Of a stretch of 64,000 nt of DNA, positions 57,643 through 64,000 are shown in pieces. The DNA comes from an uncultured Gammaproteobacteria bacterium. Lineage in GTDB: Bacteria > Patescibacteriota > Patescibacteriia > Magasanikbacterales > GWA2-37-8. The stretch covers positions 477 through 64,476 of the forward strand of contig CAZINT010000002.1 of the NCBI GenBank assembly GCA_964540825.1, given 5' to 3'. The notes beneath the pieces are model-generated. The model saw only the letters and a list, made by a program, of their open reading frames with translations. It was not told the DNA's origin and searched no databases. The translations under genes and the position numbers were made by a program. The first letter of the stretch is position 1, and every line of letters starts with the position of its first letter.

Positions 57643-58290
57643 ATGCCTCAGGGTATAAGCCCGATCAAATTGGATTATTTAGAACTAAACATTATGAGAT
57701 TTACTAGTATTGATACGGTACACGCTGCAACTGCGCACGAAGCGGAAGCACCTACCGAAGCGCATGAAACTGCCGCCGATGGAGGTGTGCTCGGATCGCT
57801 CGGTATCAGCCCAACCTTGTTTGGATTTCAACTGATTAACTTTGCAATTGTTGCTGCTATTGTTTGGTTTATCATTTTAAAACCGCTCACCTCGAAAATG
57901 GCGGAGCGCCAGAAGATGATCGACGAAAGCCTGTCTAATGTTGATAAAATTCAAGAGAAGCTTGCCAAGGGTGAACGTGACTACCAGGAACGCATTGATG
58001 TTGCCAAAGTAGAAGCAAATAAAATTATTGAAAAAGCCGGAGTTCAGGCAGGGGAGTTATCTGAATCAATGAAAGTAAAAGCACGTGAAGATATTGAACA
58101 GTTGGTTGATCAGGCTAAGCGCAATATTGAAGTTGAGCGCGATCAAGCAGTGACCCAAATTAAAAAGAATGCTGCCGCCCTGGTCACGTCAGCGGTTGAA
58201 AAAATATTACATGAAAAGTTAGATGGCGCTAAAGATCAAAAATTAGTTGAGGAAATGGTTTCTAAAATTGCTTATGAAGAAGAAAAATAG
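57643..58290 (+). CDS. atpF: F0F1 ATP synthase subunit b
   Basis: Single N-terminal TM followed by a long charged coiled coil. The start could be 57694. Confidence 0.75.
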   Translation: MPQGISPIKLDYLELNIMRFTSIDTVHAATAHEAEAPTEAHETAADGGVLGSLGISPTLFGFQLINFAIVAAIVWFIILKPLTSKMAERQKMIDESLSNVDKIQEKLAKGERDYQERIDVAKVEANKIIEKAGVQAGELSESMKVKAREDIEQLVDQAKRNIEVERDQAVTQIKKNAAALVTSAVEKILHEKLDGAKDQKLVEEMVSKIAYEEEK

Positions 58291-58666
58291 TTATAAAGAG
58301 TACGCCGCCGCCTTGTACGAGGTTACCAAAAACCTCGAAGGCAAAGCTCTGAGTCAAGCTCTTGCCGAGTTTGTAAAGCTTTTGGCGCGCGCAAACAAAC
58401 TTAAGAAAGCGCCGCTCATCATGGACTGTTTTGAAAAGATCTACCGCAAAAAAAATGGTATTGTGCCCTTGGAAGTAATCACTGCCAAACCACTGGCTGA
58501 AAAAAGCAGGGAAAAAATCATTACAGTATTTGGGGCTAAAGCAGAACTGAACGAAACGACGGACCCAAACATTATCGGCGGGATCATTATCAAGACTGAA
58601 GATATCGTGCTCGACGGAAGCCTCAAAAAACAATTACAACTTTTAAAGACTCAATTAACTGCATAA
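58274..58666 (+). CDS. atpH: F0F1 ATP synthase subunit delta (short form)
   Basis: OSCP/delta-like C-terminus ([22 protein letters not shown]). Overlaps atpF by 17 nt. Confidence 0.6.
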   Translation: MKKKNSYKEYAAALYEVTKNLEGKALSQALAEFVKLLARANKLKKAPLIMDCFEKIYRKKNGIVPLEVITAKPLAEKSREKIITVFGAKAELNETTDPNIIGGIIIKTEDIVLDGSLKKQLQLLKTQLTA

Positions 58667-58668
58667 GT

Positions 58669-60156
58669 ATGTCCATGAATTCCATTATTGAAGAACTCAA
58701 AAAAAATATCAGCAGCTTCGAAAAGCAGGTTGAAGTCGAGGAAGTTGGTAAAGTGCTTGAGGTGGGGGATGGTATCGCCCGCCTGAGCGGTCTTACTAAA
58801 TGTCAGGCCAGTGAAATGCTTGAATTTCCCGGCGGAACGTTTGGCGTAGCCCTTAACCTGGAAGAAGAAACGGTTGGTGCGGTTATTTTAGGTGACTATA
58901 CTCATATTAAAGAAGGGGATACCGTTAAACGTACCGGTCGTATTTTGTCCGTTCCGGTTGGCGAGGAACTTATTGGCCGCGTGGTTAATCCGCTTGGTGT
59001 TGCCAAAGATGGCGGAGCACCAATTGCTTCCAAGAAATTTTATCCGATTGAAAAAATTGCTCCGGGCGTTATGACTCGTGAGCCGGTTACCCAGCCGGTG
59101 CAAACGGGTATTAAGGCGATTGACGCGATGATCCCGGTAGGGCGCGGTCAACGCGAACTTATTATCGGCGACCGCCAAACTGGTAAGACTGCTGTCGCGA
59201 TTGATACGATTATCAACCAAAAAGGACAAGACATGATTTGTGTCTATGTTGCGGTTGGACAAAAAGAATCAAAAATCGCTCGTATCGTTGCCAAGCTTAA
59301 AGAAACAGGTGCAATGGATTACACAATTGTAGTCGCAGCTGGTTCTTCTGACCCTGCATCCCTTTTATACATCGCGCCCTACGCCGGTGTTGCTATGGCT
59401 GAATACTTCATGGACAAAGGCAAAGATGTTTTGGTTATCTACGATGATCTTTCCAAGCAAGCTTGGGCCTACCGTGAAATTTCACTTCTCTTGCGCCGTC
59501 CACCGGGCCGTGAAGCTTTCCCTGGTGATGTTTTCTACCTCCACTCTCGCTTACTTGAACGCGCTTGCCGCCGCAACAAAGAATCCGGCGGTGGTTCGAT
59601 CACAGCCTTACCGATTATCGAAACACAGGCTGGAGACATCTCTGCGTATATTCCAACTAATGTAATTTCAATTACGGACGGTCAGATCTTCCTTGAAAGT
59701 GATTTGTTCTTCCGCGGTATCCGCCCGGCGCTTAACGTTGGTATTTCCGTATCGCGCGTTGGCTCGGCTGCCCAGATCAAACCCATGAAAAAAGTGGCCG
59801 GTAAGATGAAGCTGAACATGGCCCAGTTCCGTGAAATGGAAGCCTTTGCTCAGTTTGCGAGCGATCTCGATGCTGAAACAAAAAAACAGATTGACCTTGG
59901 TCAGCGCTTAGTAGAAATCTTGAAACAGCCACAGTACCAACCCGTACCGGTTGCTAACCAAGTAGCGGTTATTTATGCGCTTAACAATGGCTATGCCAGC
60001 GATGTTGCGGTAAAAGATATTCGTGACTGGGAGGCTAAATTGCATGAATACATGAATAAAACGAAACCAGGGCTGTTAGAAAAGATCAGTAAAGGTGGTT
60101 GGGATGAAGAGATTGAGAAAGAATTAAAAGAAGCGATTCAAGAATTCAAGAAATAA
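58669..60156 (+). CDS. atpA: F0F1 ATP synthase subunit alpha
   Basis: Walker A GDRQTGKT and the full alpha-subunit similarity pattern. Confidence 0.95.
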   Translation: MSMNSIIEELKKNISSFEKQVEVEEVGKVLEVGDGIARLSGLTKCQASEMLEFPGGTFGVALNLEEETVGAVILGDYTHIKEGDTVKRTGRILSVPVGEELIGRVVNPLGVAKDGGAPIASKKFYPIEKIAPGVMTREPVTQPVQTGIKAIDAMIPVGRGQRELIIGDRQTGKTAVAIDTIINQKGQDMICVYVAVGQKESKIARIVAKLKETGAMDYTIVVAAGSSDPASLLYIAPYAGVAMAEYFMDKGKDVLVIYDDLSKQAWAYREISLLLRRPPGREAFPGDVFYLHSRLLERACRRNKESGGGSITALPIIETQAGDISAYIPTNVISITDGQIFLESDLFFRGIRPALNVGISVSRVGSAAQIKPMKKVAGKMKLNMAQFREMEAFAQFASDLDAETKKQIDLGQRLVEILKQPQYQPVPVANQVAVIYALNNGYASDVAVKDIRDWEAKLHEYMNKTKPGLLEKISKGGWDEEIEKELKEAIQEFKK

Positions 60157-60179
60157 AAAGATCTTTTAAAAAAGTACCC

Positions 60180-60215
60180 GGCGAACCTTTGTAGGCTCAG
60201 CCGGGCAATAAACCC
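60180..60215 (-). terminator. rho-independent terminator for the antisense cassette gene (cccggc-…-gccggg with a T-run on the minus strand)
   Basis: The hairpin is followed on the minus strand by TTTTTTAAAAGATCTTTTT. No T-run on the plus strand. Confidence 0.55.
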
Positions 60216-60232
60216 CGAAGTTGCTAGTCGAG

Positions 60233-60646
60233 TCAGCGCTTCGGGTCGTTACGGATGTAGTTCTGCTCGGTCAGGTACTCGAGGTCAGACCGGCGAACCA
60301 GACGACGCTTGGTTCCTCCCTGGAGGTCCTCCACGACGATCTCCTCGCCGACGTCCATGAGGAAGACCAGGTAGCGCGTGACCTCTTCGGCACTGCTCTG
60401 CCCGAAGCAGCCCAGGTGGTAAACGCTCCCGCTGATGTTCCAGCTGGCAAGCGCACCTTGGGACACCTCCCAGCAAACGAGCTCCTGCTCCGGACTCTTC
60501 GAGATGACGGAGCGGACGAGGGCGTTGTTGATCTCCGGTCCCTGCTCCTCGAGCAGCGCGACACCGCCACAAGGACTGAGCAGGCTGCGAGGAATTGTAT
60601 TTGCAATACCTTTGCGACCAATGAACGTGCAGCGAAAGATCGGCAT
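60233..60646 (-). CDS. hypothetical protein (137 aa), high-GC (~60%) cassette inserted antisense between atpA and atpG
   Basis: SD AAGGAG 6 nt before the ATG at 60646. Own promoter and terminator. Strong GC3 bias. No family recognised. Confidence 0.55.
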   Translation of the reverse strand: MPIFRCTFIGRKGIANTIPRSLLSPCGGVALLEEQGPEINNALVRSVISKSPEQELVCWEVSQGALASWNISGSVYHLGCFGQSSAEEVTRYLVFLMDVGEEIVVEDLQGGTKRRLVRRSDLEYLTEQNYIRNDPKR

Positions 60647-60734
60647 GCTGAACTCCTTATTGAGTGGCCAGAAAAGCAGGTAAGCGAGCCTTCTATTCTG
60701 GATACTCAATAAAAATAACAAACAAGTATAGCAC

Positions 60735-60765
60735 TAAAACTCTTATTTGTCAAGATTTACCCTAA
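60735..60765 (-). promoter_or_regulatory. near-consensus sigma70 promoter TTGACA-N17-TATACT driving the antisense cassette gene
   Basis: Read on the minus strand: cTTGACAaataagagttttagtgcTATACTtg. Confidence 0.45.
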
Positions 60766-60771
60766 GCTTGT

Positions 60772-61665
60772 ATGGCTCTCAGTACTAAGACAATTAAACG
60801 ACGCATCAAATCTATTGCCAACACTAAAAAAATAACCAAGGCAATGGAGATGATTAGTGCTGTAAAAATGCGCCGAGCCGTTGCTAACGCCTCGGCAACA
60901 CGCGCTTATGCTGACCTGGCTTGGAAAATGCTCCAGGATGTGACGCGCAAAGCTGGTCCCAAGCACCACCCGCTACTGGCAGAACGTCCGATTAAAAAGA
61001 TGGGGCTGATTTTAATCACCAGCAACCGCGGACTTGCCGGCGGGTTTAGTTCCAAACTCCTTCAGGAAGTCGACGCTTTTATTACCAAAATCAAAAAGGA
61101 AAAAAATGTCGATGTTGAAGTCTTGGTAATGGGTAAAAAAGGCCGAAAAATTTACCAGAATTTTGGTCACGCCATTGCTGCTGAATTTGATAAGGTTGAT
61201 GTTACAAAAGCGATTTCAGATATTCTTCCGATGTCACAGCTTGCCGCAACAGATTTTATTAATAGCACGTACGATCAAATTGGCGTAGCGTACATGCAAT
61301 ATATTTCAGCTATTAAACAGGTGCCGATCATTAAGCCGATTTTTCCAATTAAACAAAAAAATCACATTACGGTTATTGAAAAAAATCCTCAACCTACAGA
61401 GCAGCCTACCGATTTTATTTTTGAACCGAATCCGCTGGAAGTACTTAAAATGCTTCTGCCCCGCCTCATTGAAATGCAGCTCTACCAGGCAGTGCTTGAA
61501 TCTGACGCATCGGAACATAGTGCCCGCATGATGGCCATGCAAGCAGCCTCAGACGCCGCAAGCGATATGATCAAAGAATTAAATACCACCTTTAATAACG
61601 CTCGCCAAGCGGCGATTACCAAAGAAATTGCCGAGGTGATTGGTGGGGCAGCGGCTTTGGAATAA
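60772..61665 (+). CDS. atpG: F0F1 ATP synthase subunit gamma
   Basis: Gamma-subunit N-terminal (IKRRIKSIANTKKITKAMEMISAVKMRRA) and C-terminal (ITKEIAEVIGGAAAL) helices. Confidence 0.9.
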   Translation: MALSTKTIKRRIKSIANTKKITKAMEMISAVKMRRAVANASATRAYADLAWKMLQDVTRKAGPKHHPLLAERPIKKMGLILITSNRGLAGGFSSKLLQEVDAFITKIKKEKNVDVEVLVMGKKGRKIYQNFGHAIAAEFDKVDVTKAISDILPMSQLAATDFINSTYDQIGVAYMQYISAIKQVPIIKPIFPIKQKNHITVIEKNPQPTEQPTDFIFEPNPLEVLKMLLPRLIEMQLYQAVLESDASEHSARMMAMQAASDAASDMIKELNTTFNNARQAAITKEIAEVIGGAAALE

Positions 61666-61674
61666 TTATTTTTT

Positions 61675-61983
61675 ATGAGCAATGAAGCCCGTCAAATGAT
61701 ACGAAATTTTGATCGTCCACCAAGCGCTTCGCAAGAACGGCGTGAAAAAAACGGGTACTTTGAAGTAGCAGAATTACTCGCAACACATTTTGATGATAGT
61801 GTTTTTACTTTATCGGATATTCGTGAGGCGGGAATAACAAAAGAACTTACCAGATCAACTATTTCGGCTATGATAAAAGAAGGTTTTTTGGTACCAGATG
61901 GTGCTGGCTTTGCTGTTTCAGGTCCAACATATGAGCGTATTACTAAGCGTGATAGTGCCGGAAATGACGGAGAAGACACTTAA
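61675..61983 (+). CDS. hypothetical protein (102 aa) inserted between atpG and atpD
   Basis: ORF with an ATG 9 nt after the atpG stop. Not an ATP synthase subunit. No family recognised. Confidence 0.4.
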   Translation: MSNEARQMIRNFDRPPSASQERREKNGYFEVAELLATHFDDSVFTLSDIREAGITKELTRSTISAMIKEGFLVPDGAGFAVSGPTYERITKRDSAGNDGEDT

Positions 61984-61997
61984 TAAAAAGACTGTAA

Positions 61998-63398
<1,401 letters not shown>

Positions 63399-63493
63399 TA
63401 TTAGTACTAAGCAGAGTAGGCAGAATAAGCGAGTTAAGCGCATCTTATTACTTACCCTGCCTACAACTTACTCTGCTTAATCTGCTCGTCTAT

Positions 63494-63907
63494 ATGAAAT
63501 TTCAAATAATCACACCCGAACGCGTTGTTTTCACTGATGAGGTTGATCAGGTCAGTTTAATGACGTCTACCGGTGAGATTACAGTTATGGCCCATCACAT
63601 TCCGCTCGTGACCACTATCCAGCCTGGGGAATTGCGCTTTAAAAAAGATGGCAAAGAGAGCGTAATTGCTGTTTCCGGCGGTTTTGCTGAAGTAAAAAAA
63701 GATAATTCTCTTGTTATTCTTGCTGACACCGCTGAACATGCTACCGAAATTGACTTAACTCGTGCCGAAGCTGCCAGAGATCGAGCACTTAAAACCATGC
63801 AAGAGCCGGTTCGACGGGATCAAGAAGAATTTGCTGCGCTTCAGGCTAATCTTGAGCGCGCTCTTAATCGCGTTAAAATAGGTAACAAATATCGTCGTTT
63901 ACCGTAA
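63494..63907 (+). CDS. atpC: F0F1 ATP synthase subunit epsilon
   Basis: Epsilon N-terminal beta-sandwich (IITPERVVF…) plus a C-terminal helical hairpin. Confidence 0.85.
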   Translation: MKFQIITPERVVFTDEVDQVSLMTSTGEITVMAHHIPLVTTIQPGELRFKKDGKESVIAVSGGFAEVKKDNSLVILADTAEHATEIDLTRAEAARDRALKTMQEPVRRDQEEFAALQANLERALNRVKIGNKYRRLP

Positions 63908-63927
63908 AAATTAGAGTATCTTTAAAA

Positions 63928-63968
63928 AATTTGGTATAGTGTACAGCTATACCAAATTTTATTTTTAG
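63928..63968 (+). terminator. rho-independent terminator after atpC (tttggtatag-…-ctataccaaa + TTTTATTTTT)
   Basis: 10-bp inverted repeat plus T-run. Confidence 0.55.
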
Positions 63969-64000
63969 CGATTGTCTCATGCGCGCCGCTAACCTTTCCC

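Noticed and set aside
60221-60721. Plus-strand 163-aa ORF and two further minus-strand ORFs overlapping the antisense cassette
   Set aside because: Shadows of a high-GC gene. Only the minus-strand frame starting at 60646 has an SD, promoter and terminator.

Overview
This 64 kb window looks like part of a small-genome bacterium with about 45-47% GC and almost no Shine-Dalgarno (SD) sequences on its native genes. The gene content (Gmad2 Ig-like domain protein, DUF4342 protein, CxxC-x17-CxxC protein, pilin-like and Fn3 surface proteins, a type IB topoisomerase (TopIB)) suggests a Patescibacteria/CPR-like organism, but that placement is inferred from composition only. The recognisable native backbone is as follows:
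- An F-type ATP synthase operon (atpZ-B-E-F-H-A-G-D-C).
- metG, rsmI and tatD.
- A pyrD-nrdD-nrdG operon for anaerobic ribonucleotide reduction.
- A crtI-crtB-GGPP synthase-UbiA prenyltransferase carotenoid-type operon next to tspO.
- A MacAB-type efflux operon (adaptor, ATPase, two tandem permeases) with an AbrB-like regulator.
- An ECF sigma factor module.
- NRAMP, CPA-type and NhaD/ArsB-type transporters.
- greA, a TopIB, a DEDDh exonuclease and a tRNA-Asn(GUU).
Three things go beyond the ordinary backbone:
1. The glycyl-radical motif of the class III ribonucleotide reductase NrdD is not in the main nrdD ORF. It sits in a separate, out-of-frame 60-aa ORF between nrdD and nrdG.
2. A low-GC three-gene island lies next to tRNA-Asn (a transglutaminase-like Cys-His-Asp protein, a PurO-like NTN-fold protein and a GNHD-motif protein). 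Its modules are separated by a repeated ~68 bp palindromic spacer element and by tRNA-end-like fragments. This is the best candidate for an undescribed cassette/defence-type system.
3. At least seven compositionally foreign genes (GC 52-65%) are scattered through the window. Each carries its own near-consensus sigma70 promoter, a strong SD sequence and a terminator. One of them is inserted antisense between atpA and atpG inside the ATP synthase operon.
No CRISPR array, rRNA or recognisable integrase or transposase was seen.
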